The notes under the pieces: generated by a model
What the model saw: the letters and a program-made list of their open reading frames with translations, nothing else
Told to the model about the DNA's origin: nothing
Database searches by the model: none
Part shown: piece by piece, positions 27,440 to 38,094 of the stretch
How positions within the stretch are numbered: the stretch's first letter is position 1
Layout of the letters: the number at the start of each line of letters is the position of its first letter
From: Camelus ferus
Lineage: Eukaryota
Length of the DNA: 64,000 nucleotides
Reading direction: 5' to 3'
Assembly (NCBI RefSeq): GCF_009834535.1
Contig: NC_045707.1
Span: 55,616,001 to 55,680,000 of the forward strand
Translations under genes and position numbers: made by a program

Positions 27440-28015
27440 GAGCAACATGATTTTACTAATATTCATCAGTAGACGCTTGGATAAAATATGTGGAAATGGA
27501 TTTAAAAGATGCTAGACCAGGGAATGAAGAACATAAGTTTAGATTAGGCCAAAGTTATCTATGCAGTTATACCTATCAGGAATTCTAGACTGAATGTGTT
27601 AGAGCAACTGAGCATAGTCTGTTATTTGTTCAATTGATTGCATGAAACTTGAATTCAGTGATGGCCTACGCTTAGTAATTATGTTCTAGAACTTCTTTGG
27701 TAAAAAGTAGAGAAAAGGATTCAAAGATTTAGGAAGACAGGATTGCTGACACGGATTTCCCATATAAGACCTTGCTGTGTATCCCCTGAATGGCGCAGAA
27801 CACTTCCCTTGTCAAAGCACTCAGAGATCACTGGGAAAAGAAGCACCAACATGCTTGAAAACTGCAGAGTTCAACGTCCTCTGTAGAACAATACTCTGTG
27901 TCATCAGACTCATCTTCCTACCTAGTAATTGAGAGATGGTCCATTCTGTCTGCATGGAGCAATCACAAAACAGACGTAACCGGTACTGATCTTTGGAGAT
28001 GACTGATTCAACACA
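27440..28015 (+). mobile_element. ERV-L internal region, decayed gag
   Basis: Decayed match to ERV-L gag motifs (NIKLDQAEF..., WLAETW..RWPT, VEEGIQRLREIGMLEWI): 'gaacataagtttagattaggccaaagtt', 'gtagagaaaaggattcaaagatttaggaagacaggattgctgacacggatt'. Confidence 0.7.
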
Positions 28016-28020
28016 GGATT

Positions 28021-28608
28021 TGTGTCAGACAGACCCCTGGTGTTCATGACTTTGTGTCTTCCCCTTGAGTATGGATGGGGTCTATGACTTACTTTTAACC
28101 GATAGAAAATAGCAAAAGTAATGGACGACTCTTTGGTGACTATACATTTTATGGCTAAGTTGATGAGTGTTCACTCCCAAGAAATATACACTGTGTCTTG
28201 CTAGAAGATAGGCTACAGACTCTCTATATGGTCTTTGATGAAGAAAATGGTCAGATTGGAAAAGTCCATGAGTCAAAAAACTGCACGATTCCTCTACGAA
28301 CCAAGGGCAGCCTCCATCTAACAGCCAGAAGAAAAAAAAATCTGAGACCCTCAATAACACACCTACAAGGAAATGAATTCTTCCAACAATTCCAATGAGT
28401 CTGGAAGTGCACTCTGCCTCAGGTAACCTCTAGATGAGAGTATAATCTGGCTGATACCTTTAGTGCAGCCCTGTGAGTCCCTGAGCAGCACAAGCAACTA
28501 AACCATGCTCCATCCCCAACCAATGGAAACTGTAAGACGATAGATGTGTCTTGTTTTAAATGGCTAAGTTTGTGGTAATCTGTTATGAAATAATGGAAAA
28601 CTAAAACA
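28021..28608 (+). mobile_element. MLT1 (MLT1D/E-like) solo LTR nested in ERV-L
   Basis: TGT...ACA termini; GGATT target-site duplication at 28016-28020 and 28609-28613; MLT1 3' end 'tgttttaaatggctaagtttgtggtaatctgttatgaaataatggaaaactaaaaca'. Confidence 0.9.
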
Positions 28609-28762
28609 GGATTCCTAAGACTGAAATGGATGGGTAGCATCTGAAAGGCAGGGAGGTGGAGAGGGCTGTATGATCTGAAGAAACAAACAGAAAGACAAGA
28701 AGTCTAGGTTGAAGAAAATGAGGTCTCATTTGATTTCACACAATGAAGAATCAAAGCCCTTT

Positions 28763-28840
28763 ATATATCCATATATATATATACATATATACATATATAT
28801 TCATATACACATATATACATAAGCATGTGTGTGTATATAT
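28763..28840. repeat. (TA)n/(CA)n imperfect microsatellite
   Basis: Read directly. Confidence 0.85.
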
Positions 28841-28849
28841 AAAATCTTC

Positions 28850-29400
28850 AATGGACTCAAATATAGTGTCACCATGGATGAATTCAAAGATGCAGATGAT
28901 TTGTAGCATATCCTTATTTAACTCACTTGTTTGTCTTGTCAGAGGATGACTGGATCTTTGAGAACTACAATCAATTTTCACAAACTTAACTATTTAGTGA
29001 CTCCAATTTCAGCTGCTATTATTCCAGGTATAGTTTCTTTACTCAAAACAAAACATCCCTTGAAACCTGGTATGCAGTTACTTAACAGGAAAAAAAAAAT
29101 TTTTTTTCCTATCTCCATAAACGTAGACGATCAGAATCAGTTTACTTTCACCTGTCAAGGACCACAGGTAACCTCCACCGTCCTGTCTCAGGACTATATC
29201 TCTGCTCTCTTAAACTTTGCCATAATTTAGTCCTCAGAGACCATTATCATCTTACTGATCAGCTGCATTGATAGTATCTTGCTCATTGGCTCTAGTGATC
29301 AGAAAGTACCCTAGGTATCATGGCAAAGTTGATATATTCCAGGCTTGGGAAAAACTCAAGAGAACATAGCAATTTGTCCTCAGTGAAATAGAAATGTCCC
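28850..29400 (+). pseudogene. ERV-L pol, reverse transcriptase remnant
   Basis: ORF 28931-29230 TGSLRTTINFHKLNYLVTPISAAIIPGIVSLL...FFPISINVDDQNQFTFTCQGPQVTSTVLSQDYI aligns by eye to ERV-L RT (GSWRMTVDYRKLNQVVTPIAAAVPDVVSLL...FFSIP...QKQFAFSWQGQQYTFTVLPQGYI); frameshifted. Confidence 0.85.
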
Positions 29401-29409
29401 TAAGGATGC

Positions 29410-29776
29410 ATTTGCCTAGCAGGACTGCCATGCTTTTTACCACCATCAATAACGGAGGACTTTATGAACACCTTAATCATCTCCATGGTATTCTATAAAA
29501 CATTGCATCTGACTTTGCCACTTATTAAACAGCACAAAGTAAACCAACAGTCTGATGCCCTGAAGACTCACAGTGTTAGTATATACCTCAACATCCCAAA
29601 GTGGCTGGAATTCAAGGTCTCATTGATGAATCAGGTACAGCAACTGGGAGACAGCACCATGTGTAGCTGGGTGCTTTCCTACATGCTGCAATTTGCTCTG
29701 AACCAGTTATCAACTTATGATGAAATTATCGACATAATAAGAATATGTGGAACTTGGAATCAAGAGGTAGAAATAA
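29410..29776 (+). pseudogene. ERV-L integrase remnant, 5' of the L1 insertion
   Basis: QQLGDSTM...ALNQLSTY...IRICGTWNQEVE resembles ERV-L integrase QLGDNTL...ALNQRPIY...ARIHGSRNQGVE; resumes after the L1 as EVEITILPLTI. Confidence 0.75.
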
Positions 29777-30248
29777 AGATGTGGTATATTTATACAATGG
29801 AATACTACTCAGCCATAAAAACCAACAACATAACGCCATTTGCAGCAACATGGATGCTGCTGGAGAATGTCATTCTAAGTGAAGTAAGCCAGAAAGAGAA
29901 AGAAAAATACCATATGAGATCGCTCATATGTGGAATCTAAAAAACAAAAACAAAGCATAAATACAAGACAGAAATAGACTCATAGACATAGCATACAGAC
30001 TTGTGGTTGCCAGGGGGGAAGAGAGTGGGAAGGGATAGACTGGGATTTCAAAATTGAAGAATAGATAAACAAGATTATACTGTATAGCACAGGGAAATAT
30101 ACACAAAATGTTATGGTACCTCACAGAGAAAAAAAATGTGACAATGAGTGTGTATATGTCCATGTATGACTGAAAAATTGTGCTGAACACTGGAATTTGA
30201 CACAACATTGTAATGATTAAAAATCAATAAAAAATGTTTAAAAAAAAA
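29777..30248 (+). mobile_element. young 5'-truncated L1 (camelid lineage) with intact ORF2 C-terminus and poly(A)
   Basis: KMWYIYTMEYYSAIK...PFAATWMLLENVILSEVSQKEKEKYHMRSLICGI*; AATAAA plus A tail; 15-bp TSD AAGAGGTAGAAATAA at 29762-29776 and 30249-30263. Confidence 0.95.
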
Positions 30249-30263
30249 AAGAGGTAGAAATAA

Positions 30264-31130
30264 CAATACTACCTCTCACTATTGCACACAATAAGACTGG
30301 AAAACAATGTTGCTTCCTGGCCACAGAAAGCTGGTTAATTTTTAGGTTTTAGAACTCTGGCTAACCCCTGAAGACCCAGCAATTATTCCCCCGAACTGGA
30401 ATCTGAGACTGTCACCTGGTCATGTTTGGATCCAAGCGCCAATGTACCAACAACCAAAAAAAAAAAAAAAAGATGACTGCAGTGTTTGGTGAATTTGACT
30501 CAATATCATTGTTGTCACAAATGAGGAGTGAGGGAAGGGCAGTTTATATCTGATGCTTCCTAAATTTGCCATAACAAGTAATTAAATGTTAACAGGAGAC
30601 TACAGCAAACCAATACAGATGGAAAATCACTCTGATTCATGAGGAATGAAGACATGTGTCCCCACACCAGGAAAATAACCAGACTACCTAAAGTATTAGC
30701 TAAGTGATAAATGGTACATGGGATGAGTCATGGAGAAGAAAGTTATAGAACCCAACTATGGCCTCATGACCAGTTATAAAAATGAGGATGGAAGTAATTA
30801 TCTATGTTTTCATTTATATAAAATGTTCTTCCATGTACATACACATTGTATTAGTTATGTTGATGATAGTTAACTTTAAATTTTACTCCTTTTATTAAGG
30901 ACCTCAAGTTAAGGCAATAAACAAACCCCAAGGATAATGAACATTACTCACCCAGAGACAGAGTCAATGACTGGTGAGCTCTATAGGAAAGGTAAATGTA
31001 TCTTCCTTTGTACAAGGGAGAGCTACGTAGTGCCAGCCAAAAGCAGCTGATTATTGCTTTTGCTGTTTGGAAGATTTAGGTCAGATAAAGAGGGGCAGAT
31101 GGATGAATGCTGTGAAGTCAAAGGAACAGA
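30264..31130 (+). pseudogene. ERV-L integrase end, dUTPase remnant and 3' internal region
   Basis: About 30367-30465 translates PEDPAIIPPNWNLRLSPGHVWIQAPMYQQPKK, resembling ERV-L dUTPase PGDTTMIPLNWKLRLPPGHFGLL.PLNQQAKK. Confidence 0.75.
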
Positions 31131-31131
31131 C

Positions 31132-31570
31132 TGTGCTGGATTTTGTCTGCTGGGCTGTGGTGTTTACCTAGCATACTTCCATTCCCACCACATGTCTTCT
31201 ATGCTGCAGAAGTGACATTTTCACCTCTTCTTACAGCCTGGGATGCAGAGGTAAATTTGCTTCTGCCAATTAGACGTGCTCGGGGCACACTGAGAAAGCA
31301 GAAGTGAGGCAGGAAGCATCACCCTGCTGTGGGTTCTCCAGGAAGAAGGTAGCGGAGACAGCAGCACTCGGAGTGGTTTATGACGGTGCAGCACCAGCAT
31401 CCTGATCCCTGAGCTGCAGACATTGCAGTGTGTTCTGGAACTCAGTCCCTCCAGAGGTAGCCCACTAAATCCAGTTCCTCCAGTACTTCCAGCAATTTGT
31501 AACACACAGTATTACTTAAGTATATTATTATAGTCGTTTCTGTTTAAAATATCTAGATTGTTCCAAGCTT
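31132..31570 (+). mobile_element. LTR33-like ERVL LTR (3' LTR of the provirus)
   Basis: Starts 'tgtgctggattttgt' after purine-rich 'caaaggaacagac'; contains 'ttctgccaattagacgtgctc...gaaagcagaagtgaggcagg'. Confidence 0.7.
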
Positions 31571-31589
31571 AGGAAAAGAAAAAATTTTC

Positions 31590-32080
31590 TTAGTAGGGTA
31601 AACAACACTTACAAAAAGAAAAGAAAAAAAAAAACACTAAAAGAAACATATGCTCAATGGTGAAACATTGCAAACTTTCCCTTGAGAGTGGGAACTAGTC
31701 AAAATGCCAACCAATTTTATTTGCTATTAAACTAAAATTCCTAACCAGTGTAATAAGACAATAAAACAAATAAAAGACATAGGATCAGAAAGAAAGACAA
31801 AATGTCATTATTCACAGACAACATGATTCAAAAGAATCTACAGAAATCTGTATTTCAAAAAAGGTATACAGAATTAATAAGTGAATTTATCAAGATGTTT
31901 GTATACAAGGTCAAAATACAATACTCAACTATATTTCTATATTCTGACAATACACAAATGGAAAATGGAATTTCCCATGATACCTTTTTACCAGAGCATC
32001 GAAAATCAGCAAGAACCTAAGAATATCTAATAATACATGTACAAAACTTTAAAAGAAATTAAAGAAGCTATAAATAAAAC
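31590..32080 (+). mobile_element. old L1 ORF2 (RT region) fragment
   Basis: ORF 31802 SLFTDNMI resembles L1 RT LFADDMI; ELISEFIKMFVYKVKIQ resembles ELINEFSKVAGYKINIQ. Confidence 0.85.
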
Positions 32081-32084
32081 CACT

Positions 32085-32205
32085 GCTCTTTTTTCTCTCC
32101 TATACATCTATAAGTTCCTTGAGAATAGAAACGAGTCATTCACACTTGTATTCCCTGAGGATCTGGCACTGTGCTTGGCATAAATTAGATGCTCAAACAG
32201 TTGAA
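32085..32205 (+). mobile_element. L2 3' tail
   Basis: 'ctataagttccttgagaatagaaac...tgtattccc...tctggcactgtgcttggcataaattagatgctcaa'. Confidence 0.7.
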
Positions 32206-33464
32206 ACACATTTAAACAAAAAGAATTTTATATTACTTTAACCATTATTTCTCAATCCCTATAGGATGCGATATGTATATTGAAATCTGCCATCTCCTAA
32301 CTTTTCATAATTTTCATTCAAAAGAACAACATTATGAGGAAAAACACGGAGCTAGTCAAGGAGAAAATAAAAGTGTCTTAAGACAAAGTCAATCCACAGC
32401 ACCTGGAGAAATGAGATTGCGTTGGGGGAAGAACAAGTATCATCTCCATATCTTAAATTTAAATTTCTCACTGCTCTATGGGAAATAAATTGCACATTAA
32501 AAAACACCTTTTTTTTTAATGTAGGTTTTATGTAAATCACATCTATGTTTCCTAATTACTTTAGACTGCTACCTTTGATTAAATACAGTAGGTTTGGGCA
32601 ATAATAAAACTTCTTGAATTGCTTTTCATCTTCAATTCACTGTCAAAAAGATTGCAAGCAGAACTGACTGACAACTTACGTGCTGAGTTATTATTCTGAT
32701 CAGATATTTGGAACAAAAAGTTTCACACCTTCTGATGCATGAGTACCTATTGAGATGGTTTTGTGGAAAAAAAAAAGTGTTGGTTTTCTAAAAGTTTTAG
32801 ATATTGGCACTGCCTAGAAATTGAAGAGCAGAGTTGTTGTGGTCCCCTTGGACAGAGGTACTTTCCTATATCTTCTAACAGCCATGAGGTCTGGTGTTAG
32901 CAACTTCTGACATAAATAATACCTTGAGCATATATCGTTGTATTTAATTCTGTGTCGTGTGTGTTAGTGACCCTAGTAAACAGTGTTCCCAATAGGGCTG
33001 TTATACAGCCTGGTATCTACGTTATTCTTTTTTGTATCAATGGCATCCAGAAGATAATAAAGTCTAAAATTCTTTTGACAAATGAGTAATGAATGAATGA
33101 AGAATGATGCTCTATCTTCATTTTTTAAGTATAAGTGAGAAAGCCAATAATATCCTATGGAATTAATATTTTCTCCAGTATATTACATTTTATATCGATG
33201 AAACATCCCAAAAGATATAAAAATCTATTTCTTTTTATCTAAATGTTATCTTAGCTGATAACCTCCCATTTCACCCGGTGTTAGAAAATGTCTTACAAAT
33301 GCAAAAAACTCAGTCCCATTTGGTTTCAAACTCAGTTTTTCGAAGTTAATTCTCTGTCAGTTTAGGATCTCCCACTGCTTTTTCTTCTTGCATTTTCCCC
33401 AGGTGGCATCTAGAGTTACAGTAAGTCTGTGCATAATTTCATGCATCACGGGGGGAGTGCTTCA

Positions 33465-33890
33465 TCATGGAAATCAATAAAGGACTGCCCAAAAAAGAGC
33501 AAGCACAGTCTATTTATTCAAGGCTTGCTATAGCAAGGGAGTCAGCCACTATCACTCACATGTGGCAGAGACTCAAAGGCAGACAGGGAACTGGAAAGCT
33601 TTACAGCAGGGAAGAGGGAAGCTTCAGGGGTGCTCTGATTGGGCGTTAATGGCATGGGAAAGGTGGAGGTGGGCTAAGTAGTACTGGAGCATCGAATGTG
33701 ATTGGTGAGGGAAGCACTGGGGTGCAAAAACTGGGGGAGCTGGCAGTTATTAACCCCAGTCTTAATCTTTGGGGCCGACTGCTAGAGGATGTGGTTTGGC
33801 TTTCTGGACTGGTCGCCTCAGGGACTGTGGGTCAGAGTTCTATTTTTACATCTGGTTTAGCCACTGTCCATTTGTATATGCACTGACTTT
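33465..33890 (-). mobile_element. ERV solo LTR-like element, subfamily not assigned
   Basis: GC-richer block with reverse-strand AATAAA ('tttatt', about 33513) and two reverse CCAAT boxes ('gattgg'). Confidence 0.5.
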
Positions 33891-33988
33891 ACACTTAGCC
33901 CAGGATGGTTTTCCACCTTTTCTGGACTCTTTGTTACCCTATGTGTTGGGCTAAGTCATTTGCCCCAACTGAAAATAATTGTTTGCTG

Positions 33989-34055
33989 CAGCCCTGTAAG
34001 CTCCAGTCATCAGCCCTGTAAGCTCCAGTCATCAGCCCTGTAAGCTCCAGTCATC
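33989..34055. repeat. 22-bp perfect tandem repeat x3 (CAGCCCTGTAAGCTCCAGTCAT)
   Basis: Three identical units at 33989, 34011 and 34033. Confidence 0.97.
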
Positions 34056-34479
34056 CTTCCTGGCATCCAGCCCCCCGAGCCATTTCTAGACCCCCCCTCA
34101 GGGGCAACAACAGGACAGGGAGTGGGACTCTGGGGTGCTGCTCCCAGACATGACGGATTCTGTCACGACCAGGTCACACCAAGCTTAGCCAGACAACAGC
34201 TTATGTGATAAGGAAGGTGGCTCCCCTAACTTCTCTGGTGTTTCCATTAAACTCTGTCATCCTGTTTTTCTCCAGAATTTACCATAGTAAATGGGACACT
34301 AGATCTTATCTTAAGCCAGTAAACTTCAGTTACTCGTCCTCTGATTCTTTTACCACTTTTTAATGGAAAAAAGGGGCTTGTAGATCCTTAAAAATTTTTT
34401 CCCATTCTACCATTTATGAAGTATGTTCTAAACTCTGGGTTCCTAGGATTTGGTATCGGAAGTTTAAAGCAAGTATTTT

Positions 34480-34645
34480 GGAATTAAAACCAGGGCAACA
34501 ACCATATGCCTTAGTTTCCCCATCTGAACTTTAGGACTAATAGAAGTACCTACCTCATAGGTTTATTGTGATGATTAAATAAATGAAAAACATTTCAAGC
34601 ACTTAGAACAGTGCCTAACACGTAACAGTCCATCATTGTGTCAGT
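34480..34645 (+). mobile_element. MIR
   Basis: 'gccttagtttccccatctg...gtacctacctcataggtttattgtgatgattaaat...agcacttagaacagtgcctaacac'. Confidence 0.85.
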
Positions 34646-35744
34646 ATATTTTAAAATCTGGATTAATGTGCATGCCTTTTTTCCAATCAGAATATATGTT
34701 TCTTGAAGGTGGATATTATGTATTGTATGTCTGCGTTCTCCATATCTAACTCATTTCTATTTCTATATTAGCCAGGGAGATGTTTATTAAATTCTACGTT
34801 TTAAAATCAACTTTTCTGGCTTTAACATGTAATTGCTGTATCATAGTTAATAATTTGTTATTATATCAACAAACTATTTTCACATATATTATGAAGAAAC
34901 ATCCTGCTCATTCGATAAAATTATATGCTAAAGATTTTGTACCATAAAACATTCTTTTCTGGTATGAGCTAGACAATAACTTTTCCCCCCATTTAAAAAA
35001 AAAAGTAATTTCATTTTAAAAAGATTGGTAACACTTGTATGTGTTGAAAAAAGTTCAGAGGATATAAAAGGTCTTACAATGAAACATCAGCTTTCCTCCC
35101 ATCCTGGTTTTCTATGTCTTAATTTCTTTCTTCTGACTATGCAACCAAAGTTACCTTCTGGAGATAATCCGTGTCTCACAGGAGTATAATGATAGTGACT
35201 GCAAGACACAGGCTTTTGCTTCCCTGACACAAACAGTGACCTGTTGACTTGAGAGGATAAACCACGTGTTCACGCATTCCGTTGATGACTCCTCCAAGGA
35301 GGAACAGCCAGACAGAGCACTAAGATCCCTTTTATGGTCTCATTCCTAGTGGTTCTGCTGCTCCCACTGACCCAAGCTGATGCAGCTCAGAATGAAACCA
35401 GACTTCTGACTAGCTTTAAAATCTGTACTTCAACAGGCCTCTCCATCTATCTTTGATGGATCAGACATTCCTGTGCTCCCTACTATGCCAGATTAAGGCA
35501 TCTGGGGTCTTGCTCTGCTTTAAACACATGGAAAATTAAAAAACTAAAAATAACAACAAACAAAAACCACTCAACATTAAATTCAGCTGCTTTCTATGTG
35601 ACCTTTCCAGTTAAATGACAGAGACAAATTTCCATAAGCTCTCAAAGAAGGAACTAAAAAATCTGAGATTTATCCATTTAGAATATTAGTAATTATGCAC
35701 TGTCATTCAATTGTTTCTGTGCCATATGGTATGTGGATTTTAAA

Positions 35745-36072
35745 AAATCAGATTATGTCATTCCACTGCTGAAGACTATCGAGAGCAAATATTTGAGAAG
35801 AAAAGATAGGCATGAAGTGAGGGTGAAAAAGGACAACCTTGATTTCATGAGGATGAGCAAAGATGAGCCGAACAGCACAAAGGTGAGCTAAGCTGGAGGT
35901 GGCAACAGTACCTGTGTCCACACTGACCTCCCGGGCATAAAACAGCTGCTGCTTTACAGCCACCTTCCAAGTCTCAAACGAATTCTTTTGTGGCCAATGG
36001 TGGCCCAGAACCATGTAGGGAAAGGAATTCTGGGGGACACAGTTCCAACTTAGGTGACACAACACACCACTA
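35745..36072 (-). mobile_element. ERVL LTR fragment (LTR41/LTR52-like)
   Basis: Reverse complement reads 'ctaagttggaactgtgtcccccagaattcctttccctacatggttctggg...ttggccacaaaagaa...ttggaaggtgg...aagcagcagc'. Confidence 0.6.
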
Positions 36073-36191
36073 CTACAAAAGTATACTGGAAGCCACTGGA
36101 TAGTCTTAAGCAGTGGAATAACATAATCTGATTTTTAAAAAGCATCATGACCATTGCACTGGTAATTAAACTGGAAAGGGAGTTCAGTCTA

Positions 36192-36396
36192 GCCAGTGGT
36201 AGTCTAGTAAAGGTTTAGCAACCTGCTAGGGGAAGAGGAAAAGAGTATTTGTATGTTTGGCAGTCTCCGTGGTCTAAAACCTCCCACCATGGCTATATGC
36301 GAGCTACCAGACGTTTAGCAACCAACTCACCAAATTCCTCAAAATGTAACAATTAGCTCTCACGAGCTGGTACCAGTCAGCTCCAGCACACAACTG
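36192..36396 (-). mobile_element. MER63A-like hAT MITE
   Basis: 'ctcccaccatggct...gctacc...aaattcctcaaaatgtaacaattagctctcacgagctggtaccagtcagctccagcacac' is the reverse complement of the MER63 5' end. Confidence 0.75.
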
Positions 36397-36898
36397 AGTC
36401 TCATTGCGAGATGAAGACTAGCTGAAAGTAAGTTTCTGGTAGGTGAGACAGCTGATCTTACACTTACTATTGGTTCCTCTCTGTGCCCTGAGCGAGCTTG
36501 GGTACTTTGACTTTGTCTTTCTTGAGCATAAGATACCTTCCTGGGAGGTTTCTTCAGATTGTCTGCAAATAGATCCCTCATGTACAATTTCAACTTGCCT
36601 TTTAAATATTGTAAATTATACCAGTGTCAACTCAAGCAGGATCTCCCACTAGAGAGACAGATGAAATGAGGCATGGCCTATTATGTTTAGCCATTGCACA
36701 CTGACTAGAATTTGGAAGGAAAAACGTCTGAATCTCCGTGTAACAGGCACAAATGAGCCTCCTCTCACATCTGGTTACCTACCTAGGTTTTGAACTATGG
36801 TTTGCAGTATTTTTCGTTCACAAAGCTAAAGCCCATCCCTTGGTCCAGAGAATCAAAATTGATCATCCATATTCAGGTGCAGCTTTTGAATTAGTAAC

Positions 36899-36934
36899 TT
36901 AGGTAATACTGTCCTTGAGGACAGTATTACCTAA
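36899..36934. repeat. inverted repeat, 17-bp perfect arms with 2-nt spacer
   Basis: TTAGGTAATACTGTCCT-TG-AGGACAGTATTACCTAA. Confidence 0.97.
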
Positions 36935-38094
36935 CTAGGCTTTGCTCATATATCACCATCTTCTTGAAATGCACAGATCTCACAGCAAAGCAAGAAAATG
37001 CAGAGTTGTTCTGATCAACAGAGGGCGTCCTTAAGGAAGGAAGAGAAGGTTCCTATTCTACAAAGAGGAGCAAATACAAACCATAAATTACTGCTCAGGA
37101 CACAGGAAGATGGTACAATAGCGACCGTCTCTTCATGAAATGGCATTCATCACTCTTTATTTTTATTTACTACCTAGAGAAAAATTTTGTGATTTTTACA
37201 CTGTCACAGAACAAGCAGGAAAATGAGGTATGACTCGTAATTTATACAGTTGATTTAATGTATGGTTCCATCACATTTCTGAGAGTTACAGAAAATGTTT
37301 CTTTCACTCTGGGACAACAGGCAACAACCCAACAGGTGGCGTCCTTGGCTCCCCTCGCCCTCCTTCGGCACCGTTATGCTGATGGAGGCTACATTATTTT
37401 AGTGAGTTTTGCACAGGAAGAGGCCTATTTGGAGGCTCTCAGAGAAGACACGGCATTACTTTTATAAACTGATTTCTTGTTTGGAGTGAATCCTTGTTCT
37501 TTTAACAGAATGCTTCAAAACAAACCTCAAGGTTGGGGAAGTTATTAAAAGGACATTCACCACCCCAATCAAATACTTATCCTACCTCTGTAGTATTGCT
37601 ACATACCTTTGAATATCTTTAAGGCAGAGCTACAAGCTAAATGCAGGTCTTCTGGTTCCTTACCATTTTTTTTTATTATTATTACAGGTGTCCATCTATG
37701 TGTCCTCCACTGCTTAACGGTGTCTTTCTCTCTCGTACATGTACATACATCATACAGATATGATTAACAAAGATATGAGTACAGGGGTGGTATCTTTAAA
37801 GCCCTAGGTATGTGGAATCCATCAAGGCTACACTACCTAGCCTTGTCTACTCAAGGTGAACATGCTCGTGGAAGTCAAGTAGTCACATCAAATGAACTGA
37901 TTTATGAAGAGGTAAGAGTAAAGTAATTAAGATAATGGTCTTGGTAATTAGTCACCCAGCAATCCAGCATTAATAGACAGACAGCTAAGAACAACCGAAG
38001 GACTGTGAAGTTGCTGAAATTTCTAAGGTCTTTACTTTTGGATACCTCAGAGGTCAGTCTATTATAGAACTGGTCTATTGGTCTATGAATGGAA

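Noticed and set aside
33989..34055. CRISPR array
   Set aside because: Repeats are contiguous with no spacers, the DNA is mammalian, and there are no cas genes.
36899..36934. miR-429/miR-200 gene
   Set aside because: Only the first 8-10 nt match, and the 36-nt hairpin is not pre-miRNA-like.
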